From: Eledone cirrhosa
Taxonomy: Eukaryota
Length of the DNA: 64,000 nt
Assembly: GCA_964016885.1 (NCBI GenBank)
Contig: CAXHJY010000267.1
Span: 1-64,000, forward strand
Direction of reading: 5' to 3'
The notes beneath the pieces are model-generated. The model did not search any database. It worked only from the letters and a program-made list of their open reading frames with translations, and was not told the origin of the DNA. Each line of letters begins with the position of its first letter. The first letter of the stretch is position 1. A program made the position numbers and the translations under genes. Of the stretch, positions 15,139 to 28,300 are shown piece by piece.

Positions 15139-15483
15139 TGATGGCTCCTTGGAATCGGGGAATGCATGTGAAGCTGGTGAAAAAGGGACAGCTGTAAGTT
15201 AGGGGGACGTCTTACCGGAGGCGAAGGACGGCATATCAGGGTTCGGGTGCTGTCAAAGAGGAAGTGTCTTAGTGGAATTGTGGGGATGTCTTACCTGAAG
15301 TGTATGATGAGTGACATCACATCAGTGTTCAGGTGCTGATTATGGCCTTGTGTGCGGACATGTTTATGAAAGTGAGTGAGTGAGGCTCTGTAATTGTCAG
15401 TTGGATGTTGGTGCAGTTGACAGTTGTCATTTGGTCTGGATTTAAGTGGAGACACAAGGTAAGTCTGTTTGTTTCCCACCACA
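15139..15483 (+). mobile_element. Putative 3' LTR of the gypsy remnant
   Basis: Begins TG after a short G-rich run (GATGGGG) about 10 nt past the Pol stop and ends ...CCACCACA before AT-rich flank. No second LTR copy in the window to confirm the boundaries. Confidence 0.4.
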
Positions 15484-15503
15484 GTTTTAAATATTACAGT
15501 ATT

Positions 15504-15695
15504 TTAACCCTTTAGTGTTCAAACCGGCCAGAATTCTCTACCTCTCTCTGTTGAAACTGGTTGTAACTGGTCGCTCAAACTGATGTTGAGGTATTGTTCT
15601 CAAAATACATACATTCAAAATCTCATAGATTCGATATTATGTGACGTAAAGCCTTTACCATGAAAGTACAATAGTAAATACAGAGTAATGTAAAT
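15504..15695 (+). mobile_element. piggyBac-type (TTAA) MITE, copy 1; right end replaced by tandem expansion
   Basis: Starts TTAA|CCCTTTAGTGTTCA. 15562-15695 is the diverged reverse complement of 38302-38443, which supplies the other terminus TTAA|CCCTTTAGCATTCA. Confidence 0.75.
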
Positions 15696-16352
15696 GTTAT
15701 GTGAGGTAAAGCCTTTACTGTGAAAATACAATAGTATATATAGAGTAATGTAAATGTTATGTGAGGTATTATGTGAGGTAAAGCCTTTACTATGAAAATA
15801 CAATAGTATATATAGAGTAATGTAAATGTTATGTGAGATATTATGTGAGGTAAAGCCTTTACTGTGAAAATACAATAGTATATATAGAGTAATGTAAATG
15901 TTATGTGAGATATTATGTGAGGTAAAGCCTTTACTGTGAAAATACAATAGTATATATAGAGTAATGTAAATGTTATGTGAGGTAAAGCCTTTACTGTGAA
16001 AATACAATAGTATATATAGAGTAATGTAAATGTTATGTGAGATATTATGTGAGGTAAAGCCTTTACTGTGAAAATACAATAGTATATATAGAGTAATGTA
16101 AATGTTATGTGAGATATTATGTGAGGTAAAGCCTTTACTGTGAAAATACAATAGTATATATAGAGTAATGTAAATGTTATGTGAGATATTATGTGAGGTA
16201 AAGCCTTTACTGTGAAAATACAATAGTATATATAGAGTAATGTAAATGTTATGTGAGATATTATGTGAGGTAAAGCCTTTACTGTGAAAATACAATAGTA
16301 TATATAGAGTAATATAAATGTTATGTGAGGTAAAGCCTTTACTGTGAAAATA
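15634..16352. repeat. 72/60-bp minisatellite derived from the MITE interior (~10 copies)
   Basis: Unit TTATGTGAGGTAAAGCCTTTACTGTGAAAATACAATAGTATATATAGAGTAATGTAAATG plus an optional 12-bp TTATGTGAGATA. It explains the repetitive ORFs at 15615-16471. Confidence 0.95.
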
Positions 16353-19300
16353 CCAGGTGAGGGTTTATATGTCCTATAGTACCGCCTACAGCTAGATAAA
16401 CCCTGGTCAATACCAGGTGAGGGTTGTATATGTCCTATAGTATCTCCTACAGCTAGATAAACCCTGGTCACTACCAGATGAGGGGGTGTATATGTCCTAT
16501 AGTATCTCCTACAGCTAGATAAACCCTGGTCACTACCAGGTGAGAGGGTGTATATGTCCTATAGTACCTCCTACAGCTAGATAAACCCTGGTCAATACCA
16601 GGTGAGGGGGTGTATATGTCCGATAGTACCAGGTTAGGGGGTGTATATGTCCTATAGGATCTCCTACAGCTAGATAAACCCTGGTCAATACCAGGTAAGG
16701 GGGTGTATATGTCCTATAGTATCTCCTACAGCTAGATAAACCCTGGTCAATACCAGGTAAGGGGGTGTATATGTCCTATAGTACCTCCTACAGCTAGATA
16801 AACCCTGGTCAATACCAGGTAAGGGGGTGTATATGTCCTATAGTATCTCCTACAGCTAGATAAACCCTGGTCAATACCAGGTAAGAGGGTGTATATGTCC
16901 TATAGTACCTCCTACAGCTAGATAAACCCTGGTCAATACCGGGTAAGGGGGTGTATATGTCCTATAGGATCTCCTACAGCTAGATAAACCCGAGTCAATA
17001 CCAGGTGAGTGGTGTATATGTCCTATAGTATCTCCTACAGCTAGATAAACCCTGGTCACTACCAGGTGAGAGGGTGTATATGTCCTATAGTATCTCCTAC
17101 AGCTAGATAAATCCTGGTCAAAACCAGGTAACAGGGTGTATATGTCCTATAGTACCTCCTACAGCTAGATAAACCCTGGTCAATACCAGGTGAGAGGGTG
17201 TATATGTCCTATAGTACCTCCTACAGCTAGATAAACCCTGGTCAATACCAGGTGAGGCGGGTGTACATGTCCTATAGTATCTCCTACAGCTAGATAAACC
17301 CTGGTCAATACCAGGTGAGAGGGTGTATATGTCCTATAGTACCTCCTACAGCTAGATAAACCCTGGTAAATACCAGGTGAGGGGTGTATATGTCCTATAG
17401 TACCTCCTACAGCTAGATAAACCCTGGTCAATACCAGGTGAGAGGGTGTATATGTCCGATAGTACCAGGTTAAGGGGTGTATATGTCCTATAGGATCTCC
17501 TACAGCTAGATAAACCCGAGTCAATACCAGGTGAGTGGTGTATATGTCCTATAGTATCTCCTACAGCTAGATAAATCCTCGTCAATACCAGGTGAGGGTG
17601 TATATGTCCTATAGTATCTCCTACAGCTAGATAAATCCTGGTCAATACCAGGTGAGGGTGTATATGTCCTATAGTATCTCCTACAGCTAGATAAACCCTC
17701 GTCAATACCAGGTGAGGGTGTATATGTCCTATAGTATCTCCTACAGCTAGATAAATCCTGGTCAATACCAGGTGAGAGGGTGTATATGTCCTATAGTACC
17801 TCTTACAGCTAGATAAACCCTGGTCAATACCAGGTGAGAGGGTGTATATGTCCTATAGTACCTCTTACAGCTAGATAAACCCTGGTCAATACCAGGTGAG
17901 AGGGTGTATATGTCCTATAGGATCTCCTACAGCTAGATAAACCCTGGTCAATACCAGGTGAGGGGGTGTATATGTCCTATAGTATCTCCTACAGCTAGAT
18001 AAACCCTGGTCAATACCTGGTGAGGGGGTGTATATGTCCTATAGTATCTCCTACAGCTAGATAAACCCTGGTCAATACCAGGTGAGAGGGTGTATATGTC
18101 CTATAGTATCTCCTACAGCTAGATAAACCCTGGTCAATACCAGGTGAGGGGGTGTATATGTCCTATAGTATCTCCTACAGCTAGATAAACCCTGGTCAAT
18201 ACCAGGTGAGAGGGTGTATATGTCCTATAGTATCTCCTACAGCTAGATAAACCCTGGTCAATACCAGGTTAGGGGGTGTATATGTCCTATAGTACCTCCT
18301 ACAGCTAGATAAACCCTGGTCAATACCAGCTTAGGGTGTATATGTCCGATAGTACCAGGTTAGGGGGTGTATATGTCCTATAGGATCTCCTACAGCTAGA
18401 TAAACCCTAGTCAATACCAGGTGAGAGGGTGTATATGTCCTATAGTACCTCCTACAGCTAGATAAACCCGAGTCAATACCAGGTGAGTGGTGTATATGTC
18501 CTATAGTATCTCCTACAGCTAGATAAACCCTGGTCACTACCAGGTGAGAGGGTGTATATGTCCTATAGTATCTCCTACAGCTAGATAAACCCTGGTCACT
18601 ACCAGGTGAGAGGGTGTATATGTCCTATAGTATCTCCTACAGCTAGATAAACCCTGGTCACTACCAGGTGAGAGGGTGTATATGTCCTATAGTACCTCCT
18701 ACAGTTAGATAAATCCTGGTCAATACCAGGTGAGAGGGTGTATATGTCCTATAGTACCTCCTACAGCTAGATAAACCCTGGTCAATACCAGGTGAGAGGG
18801 TGTATATGTCCTATAGTACCTCTTACAGCTAGATAGACCCTGGTCAATACCAGGTGAGGGGGTGTATATGTCCTATAGTACCTCCTACAGCTAGATAAAC
18901 CCTGGTCAATACCAGGTGAGAGGGTGTATATGTCCTATAGTACCTCCTACAGCTAGATAGACCCTGGTCAATACCAGGTGAGGGGGTGTATATGTCCTAT
19001 AGTACATCTTACAGCTAGATAAACCCTGGTCAATACCAGGTGAGAGGGTGTATATGTCCTATAGTACCTCTTACAGCTAGATAAAGCCTGGTCAATACCA
19101 GGTGAGAGGGTGTATATGTCCTATAGTATCTCCTACAGCTAGATAAATCCTGGTCAATACCAGGTGAGAGGGTGTATATGTCCTATAGTACCTCCTACAG
19201 CTAGATAAACCCTGGTCAATACCAGGTGAGGGGGTGTATATGTCCTATAGTACCTCCTACAGCTAGATAAACCCTGGTCAATACCAGGTGAGGGGGTGTA

Positions 19301-22300
19301 TATGTCCTATAGTACCTCCTACAGCTAGATAAACCCTGGTCAATACCAGGTTAGGGTGTATATGTCCTATAGTACCAGGTTAGGGTGTATATGTCCTATA
19401 GTACCAGGTTAGGGGGTGTATATGTCATATAGGATCTCCTACAGCTAAATAAACCCTGGTCAATACCAGGTGAGAGGTGTATATGTCCTATAGTATCTCC
19501 TACAGTTAGATAAACCCTGGTCAATACCAGGTGAGAGGGTGTATATGTCCTATAGTATCTCCTACAGCTAGATAAACCCTGGTCAATACCAGGTGAGGGT
19601 GTGTATATGTCCTATAGTACCTCCTATAGCTAGTTAAACCCTGGTCAATACCAGGTGAGGGGGTGTATATGTCCTATAGGATCTCCTACAGCTAGATAAA
19701 TCCTGGTCAATACCAGGTGAGAGGGTGTATATGTCCTATAGGATCTCCTACAGCTAGATAAACCCTGGTCAATACCAGGTGAGGGTGTGTATATGTCCTA
19801 TAGTACCTCCTACAGCTAGATAAACCCTGGTCAATACCAGGTGAGGGGGTGTATATGTCCTATAGTATCTCCTACAGCTAGATAAACCCTGGTCAATACC
19901 AGGTTAGGGGATATATGTCCTATAGTATCTCCTACAGTTAGATAAACCCTGGTCAATACCAGATGAGAGGGGTATGTGTCCTATAGTATCTCCTACAGCT
20001 AGATAAACCCTGGTCAATACCAGGTTAGGGGGTATATGTCCTATAGTATCTCCTACAGTTAGATAAACCCTGGTCAATACCAGGTGAGAGGGGCTATATG
20101 TCCTATAGTATCTCCTACAGCTAGATAAACCCTGGTCAATACCAGGTGAGAGGGTGTATATGTCCTATAGTATCTCCTACAGTTAGATAAACCCTGGTCA
20201 ATACCAGATGAGAGGGTGTATATGTCCTATAGTACCTCCTACAGCTAGATAAACCCTGGTCAATACCAGGTGAGAGGGTGTATATGTCCTATAGTATCTC
20301 CTACAGTTAGATAAACCCTGGTCAATACCAGGTGAGAGGGTGTATATGTCCTATAGTATCTCCTACAGCTAGATAAACCATGGTCAATACCAGGTGAGGG
20401 GCTGTATATGTCCTATAGTATCTCCTACAGTTAGATAAACCCTGGTCAATACCAGGTAAGGGGGTGTATATGTCCTATAGTATCTCCTACAGCTAGATAA
20501 ACCCTGGTCAATACCAGGTGAGAGGGTGTATATGTCCTATAGTACCTCCTACAGCTAGATAAACCCTGGTCAATACCAGATGAGAGGGTGTATATGTCCT
20601 ATAGTACCTCCTACAGCTAGATAAACCCTGGTCAATACCAGGTGAGGGGGTGTATATGTCCTATAGTATCTCCTACAGCTAGATAAACCCTGGTCAATAC
20701 CAGGTGAGAGGGTGTATATGTCCTATAGTACCTCCTACAGCTAGATAAACCCTGGTCAATACCAGGTGAGAGGGTGTATATGTCCTATAGTATCTCCTAC
20801 AGTTAGATAAACCCTGGTCAATACCAGGTGAGAGGGTGTATATGTCCTATAGTACCTCCTACAGCTAGATAAACCCTGGTCAATACCAGGTGAGAGGGTG
20901 TATATGTCCTATAGTATCTCCTACAGTTAGATAAACCCTGGTCAATACCAGGTGAGAGGGTGTATATGTCCTATAGTATCTCCTACAGCTAGATAAACCC
21001 TGGTCAATACCAGGTGAGAGGGTGTATATGTCCTATAGTACCTCCTACAGCTAGATAAACCCTGGTCAATACCAGGTGAGAGGGTGTATATGTCCTATAG
21101 TATCTCCTACAGTTAGATAAACCCTGGTCAATACCAGGTGAGGGGGTGTATATGTCCTATAGTATCTCCTACAGTTAGATAAACCCTGGTCAATACCAGG
21201 TGAGGGGGTGTATATGTCCTATAGTATCTCCTACAGCTAGATAAACCCTGGTCAATACCAGGTGAGAGGGTGTATATGTCCTATAGTATCTCCTACAGCT
21301 AGATAAACCCTGGTCAATACCAGGTGAGAGGGTGTATATGTCCTATAGTATCTCCTACAGTTAGATAAACCCTGGTCAATACCAGGTGAGAGGGTGTATA
21401 TGTCCTATAGTATCTCCTACAGCTAGATAAACCCTGGTCAATACCAGGTGAGAGGGTGTATATGTCCTATAGTACCTCCTACAGCTAGATAAACCCTGGT
21501 CAATACCAGGTTAGGGTGTATATGTCCTATAGTATCTCCTACAGCTAGATAAACCCTGGTCAATACCAGGTGAGAGGGTGTATATGTCCTATAGTATCAC
21601 CTACAGCTAGATAAACCCTGGTCAATACCAGGTGAGGGTGTATGTCCTATAGTACCTCCTACAGCTAGATAAACCCTGGTCAATACCAGGTGAGAGGGTG
21701 TATATGTCCTATAGTACCTCTTACAGCTAGATAAACCCTGGTCAATACCAGGTGAGGGGGTGTATATGTCCTATAGTACCAGGTTAGGGGGTGTATATGT
21801 CCTATAGTACCTCATACAGCTAGATAAACCCTGGTCAATACCAGGTTAGGGGGTATATGTCCTATAGTACCTCCTACAGCTAGATAAATCCTGGTCAATA
21901 CCAGGTGAGGGGTGTATATGTCCTATAGTACCTCCTACAGCTAGATAAATCCTGGTCAATACCAGGTGAGGGGTGTATATGTCCTATAGTACCTCCTACA
22001 GCTAGATAAATCCTGGTCAATACCAGGTGAGGGGTGTATATGTCCTATAGTATCTCCTACAGCTAGATAAACCCTGGTCAATACCAGGTTAGGGTGTATA
22101 TGTCCTATAGTACCTCCTACAGCTAGATAAACCCTGGTCAATACCAGGTGAGAGGGTGTATATGTCCTATAGTACCTCCTACAGCTAGATAAACCCTGGT
22201 CAATACCAGGTTAGGGTGTATATGTCCTATAGTATCTCCTACAGCTAAATAAACCCTGGTCAATACCAGGTGAGGGGGTGTATATGTCCGATAGTACCAG

Positions 22301-25300
22301 GTTAAGGGGTGTATATGTCCTATAGTACCTCCTACAGCTAGATAAACCCTGGTCAATACCAGGTGAGAGGGTGTACATGTCCTATAGTACCTCCTACAGC
22401 TAGATAAACCCTGGTCAATACCAGGTGAGAGGGTGTATATGTCCTATAGTATCTCCTACAGTTAGATAAACCCTGGTCAATACCAGGTGAGAGGGTGTAT
22501 ATGTCCTATAGTACCTCCTACAGCTAGATAAACCCTGGTCAATACCAGGTGAGAGGGTGTATATGTCCTATAGTATCTCCTACAGTTAGATAAACCCTGG
22601 TCAATACCAGGTGAGAGGGTGTATATGTCCTATAGTATCTCCTACAGCTAGATAAACCCTGGTCAATACCAGGTGAGAGGGTGTATATGTCCTATAGTAC
22701 CTCCTACAGCTAGATAAACCCTGGTCAATACCAGGTGAGAGGGTGTATATGTCCTATAGTATCTCCTACAGTTAGATAAACCCTGGTCAATACCAGGTGA
22801 GGGGGTGTATATGTCCTATAGTATCTCCTACAGTTAGATAAACCCTGGTCAATACCAGGTGAGGGGGTGTATATGTCCTATAGTATCTCCTACAGCTAGA
22901 TAAACCCTGGTCAATACCAGGTGAGAGGGTGTATATGTCCTATAGTATCTCCTACAGCTAGATAAACCCTGGTCAATACCAGGTGAGAGGGTGTATATGT
23001 CCTATAGTATCTCCTACAGTTAGATAAACCCTGGTCAATACCAGGTGAGAGGGTGTATATGTCCTATAGTATCTCCTACAGCTAGATAAACCCTGGTCAA
23101 TACCAGGTGAGAGGGTGTATATGTCCTATAGTACCTCCTACAGCTAGATAAACCCTGGTCAATACCAGGTTAGGGTGTATATGTCCTATAGTATCTCCTA
23201 CAGCTAGATAAACCCTGGTCAATACCAGGTGAGAGGGTGTATATGTCCTATAGTATCACCTACAGCTAGATAAACCCTGGTCAATACCAGGTGAGGGTGT
23301 ATGTCCTATAGTACCTCCTACAGCTAGATAAACCCTGGTCAATACCAGGTGAGAGGGTGTATATGTCCTATAGTACCTCCTACAGCTAGATAAACCCTGG
23401 TCAATACCAGGTGAGGGGGTGTATATGTCCTATAGTACCAGGTTAGGGGGTGTATATGTCCTATAGTACCTCATACAGCTAGATAAACCCTGGTCAATAC
23501 CAGGTTAGGGGGTATATGTCCTATAGTACCTCCTACAGCTAGATAAATCCTGGTCAATACCAGGTGAGGGGTGTATATGTCCTATAGTACCTCCTACAGC
23601 TAGATAAATCCTGGTCAATACCAGGTGAGGGGTGTATATGTCCTATAGTACCTCCTACAGCTAGATAAATCCTGGTCAATACCAGGTGAGGGGTGTATAT
23701 GTCCTATAGTATCTCCTACAGCTAGATAAACCCTGGTCAATACCAGGTTAGGGTGTATATGTCCTATAGTACCTCCTACAGCTAGATAAACCCTGGTCAA
23801 TACCAGGTGAGAGGGTGTATATGTCCTATAGTACCTCCTACAGCTAGATAAACCCTGGTCAATACCAGGTTAGGGTGTATATGTCCTATAGTATCTCCTA
23901 CAGCTAAATAAACCCTGGTCAATACCAGGTGAGGGGGTGTATATGTCCGATAGTACCAGGTTAAGGGGTGTATATGTCCTATAGTACCTCCTACAGCTAG
24001 ATAAACCCTGGTCAATACCAGGTGAGAGGGTGTACATGTCCTATAGTACCTCCTACAGCTACATAAACCCTGGTCACTACCAGGTGAGAGGGTGTATATG
24101 TCCTATAGTACCTCCTACAGCTAGATAAATCCTGGTCAAAACCAGGTAAGAGGGTGTATATGTCCTATAATACCTCCTACAGCTAGATAAACCCTGGTCA
24201 ATACCAGGTGAGGGGGTGTATATGTCCTATAGTATCTCCTACAGCTAGATAAACCCTGGTCAATACCAGGTGAGAGGGTGTATATGTCCTATAGTATCTC
24301 CTACAGCTAGATAAACCCTGGTCAATACCAGGTGAGAGGGTGTATATGTCCTATAGTACCTCCTACAGCTAGATAAACCCGAGTCAATACCAGGTGAGTG
24401 GTGTATATGTCCTATAGTATCTCCTACAGCTAGATAAACCCTGGTCACTACCAGGTGAGAGGGTGTATATGTCCTATAGTATCTCCTACAGCTAGATAAA
24501 CCCTGGTCAATACCAGGTGAGGGGTGTATATGTCCTATAGTACCTCCTACAGCTAGATAAACCCTGGTCAATACCAGGTGAGGGGTGTATATGTCCTATA
24601 GTACCTCCTACAGCTAGATAAACCCTGGTAAATACCAGGTGAGGGGTGTATATGTCCTATAGTACCTCCTACAGCTAGATAAACCCTGGTCAATACCAGG
24701 TGAGAGGGTGTATATGTCCGATAGTACCAGGTTAAGGGGTGTATATGTCCTATAGGATCTCCTACAGCTAGATAAACCCGAGTCAATACCAGGTGAGTGG
24801 TGTATATGTCCTATAGTATCTCCTACAGCTAGATAAACCCTGGTCAATACCAGGTGAGGGTGTATATGTCCTATAGTATCTCCTACAGCTAGATAAATCC
24901 TGGTCAATACCAGGTGAGAGGGTGTATATGTCCTATAGTACCTCCTACAGCTAGATAAACCCTGGTCAATACCAGGTGAGGGTGTATATGTCCTATAGTA
25001 TCTCCTACAGCTAGATAAACCCTGGTCAATACCAGGTGAGAGGGTGTATATGTCCTATAGTACCTCTTACAGCTAGATAGACCCTGGTCAATACCAGGTG
25101 AGGGGGTGTATATGTCCTATAGTACCTCCTACAGCTAGATAAACCCTGGTCAATACCAGGTGAGAGGGTGTATATGTCCTATAGTACCTCCTACAGCTAG
25201 ATAAACCCTGGTCAATACCAGCTTAGGGTGTATATGTCCTATAGTACCTCCTACAGCTAGATAAACCCTGGTCAATACCAGCTTAGGGTGTATATGTCCG

Positions 25301-28300
25301 ATAGTACCAGGTTAGGGTGTATATGTCCTATAGGATCTCCTACAGCTAGATAAACCCGAGTCAATACCAGGTGAGTGGTGTATATGTCCTATAGTACCTC
25401 CTACAGCTAGATAAACCCTGGTCAATGCCAGGTTAGGGGGTGTATATGTCCTATAGTACCTCCTACAGCTAGATAAACCCGAGTCAATACCAGGTGAGTG
25501 GTGTATATGTCCTATAGGATCTCCTACAGCTAGATAAACCCTGGTCAATACCAGGTGAGAGGGTGTATATGTCCTATAGTATCTCCTACAGCTAGATAAA
25601 CCCTGGTCAATACCAGGTGAGGGGGTGTATATGTCCTATAGTACCTCCTACAGCTAGATAAACCTTGGTTAATACCAGGTTAGAGGGTGTATATGTCCTA
25701 TAGTACCTCCTACAGCTAGATAAACCCTGGTCAATACCAGGTGAGGGTGTATATGTCCTATAGTATCTCCTACAGCTAGATAAATCCTGGTCAATACCAG
25801 GTGAGAGGGTGTATATGTCCTATAGTACCTCTTACAGCTAGATAAACCCTGGTCAATACCAGGTGAGAGGGGGTATATGTCCTATAGTACCTCTTACAGC
25901 TAGATAAACCCTGGTCAATACCAGGTGAGAGGGTGTATATGTCCTATAGTACCTCTTACAGCTAGATAAACCCTGGTCAATACCAGGTGAGAGGGTGTAT
26001 ATGTCCTATAGTACCTCCTACAGCTAGATAAACCCTGGTCAATACCAGGTGAGGGTGTATATGTCCTATAGTACCTCTTACAGCTAGATAGACCCTGGTC
26101 AATACCAGGTGAGAGGGTGTATATGTCCTATAGTATCTCCTACAGCTAGATAGACCCTGGTCAATACCAGGTGAGAGGGTGTATATGTCCTATAGTACCT
26201 CCTACAGCTAGATAAACCCTGGTCAATACCAGGTGAGAGGGTGTATATGTCCTATAGTACCTCCTACAGCTAGATAGACTCTGGTCAATACCAGGTGAGG
26301 GGGTGTATATGTCCTATAGTACATCTTACAGCTAGATAAACCCTGGTCAATACCAGGTGAGAGGGTGTATATGTCCTATAGTACCTCTTACAGCTAGATA
26401 AAGCCTGGTCAATACCAGGTGAGAGGGTGTATATGTCCTATAGTATCTCCTACAGCTAGATAAATCCTGGTCAATACCAGGTGAGAGGGTGTATATGTCC
26501 TATAGTACCTCCTACAGCTAGATAAACCCTGGTCAATACCAGGTGAGGGGGTGTATATGTCCTATAGTACCTCCTACAGCTAGATAAACCCTGGTCAATA
26601 CCAGGTGAGGGGGTGTACATGTCCTATAGTATCTCCTACAGCTAGATAAATCCTGGTCAATACCAGGTGAGGGGGTGTATATGTCCTATAGTACCTCCTA
26701 CAGCTAGATAAACCCTGGTCAATACCAGGTGAGAGGGTGTATATGTCCTATAGTATCTCCTACAGCTAGATAGACCCTGGTCAATACCAGGTGAGGGGGT
26801 GTATATGTCCTATAGTATCTCCTACAGCTAGATAAATCCTGGTCAATACCAGGTGAGGGTTGTATATGTCCTATAGTACCTCCTACAGCTAGATAAACCC
26901 TGGTCAATACCAGGTGAGGGTGTATATGTCCTATAGTATCTCCTACAGCTAGATAAATCCTGGTCAATACCAGGTGAGAGGGTGTATATGTCCTATAGTA
27001 CCTCTTACAGCTAGATAAACCCTGGTCAATACCAGGTGAGAGGGTGTATATGTCCTATAGTACCTCTTACAGCTAGATAGACCCTGGTCAATACCAGGTG
27101 AGGGGGTGTATATGTCCTATAGTACCTCCTAGAGCTAGATAAAGCCTGGTCAATACCAGGTGAGAGGGTGTATATGTCCTATAGTATCTCCTACAGCTAG
27201 ATAAACCCTGGTCAATACCAGGTGAGAGGGTGTATATGTCCTATAGTATCTCCTACAGCTAGATAAATCCTGGTCAATACCAGGTGAGAGGGTGTATATG
27301 TCCTATAGTACCTCCTACAGCTAGATAAACCCTGGTCAATACCAGGTGAGGGGGTGTATATGTCCTATAGTACCTCCTACAGCTAGATAAACCCTGGTCA
27401 ATACCAGATGAGGGGGTGTATATGTCCTATAGTATCTCCTACAGCTAGATAAATCCTGGTCAATACCAGGTGAGGGGTGTATATGTCCTATAGTACCTCC
27501 TACAGCTAGATAAACCCTGGTAAATACCAGGTGAGAGGGTGTATATGTCCTATAGTACCTCATACAGCTAGATAAAGCCTGGTCAATACCAGGTGAGAGG
27601 GTGTATATGTCAATACCAGCTTAGGGTGTATATGTCCTATAGTACCTCCTACAGCTAGATAAACCCTGGTCAATACCAGCTTAGGGTGTATATGTCCGAT
27701 AGTACCAGGTTAGGGTGTATATGTCCTATAGGATCTCCTACAGCTAGATAAACCCGAGTCAATACCAGGTGAGTGGTGTATATGTCCTATAGTACCTCCT
27801 ACAGCTAGATAAACCCTGGTCAATGCCAGGTTAGGGGGTGTATATGTCCTATAGTACCTCCTACAGCTAGATAAACCCGAGTCAATACCAGGTGAGTGGT
27901 GTATATGTCCTATAGGATCTCCTACAGCTAGATAAACCCTGGTCAATACCAGGTGAGAGGGTGTATATGTCCTATAGTATCTCCTACAGCTAGATAAACC
28001 CTGGTCAATACCAGGTGAGGGGGTGTATATGTCCTATAGTACCTCCTACAGCTAGATAAACCTTGGTTAATACCAGGTTAGAGGGTGTATATGTCCTATA
28101 GTACCTCCTACAGCTAGATAAACCCTGGTCAATACCAGGTGAGGGTGTATATGTCCTATAGTATCTCCTACAGCTAGATAAATCCTGGTCAATACCAGGT
28201 GAGAGGGTGTATATGTCCTATAGTACCTCTTACAGCTAGATAAACCCTGGTCAATACCAGGTGAGAGGGGGTATATGTCCTATAGTACCTCTTACAGCTA

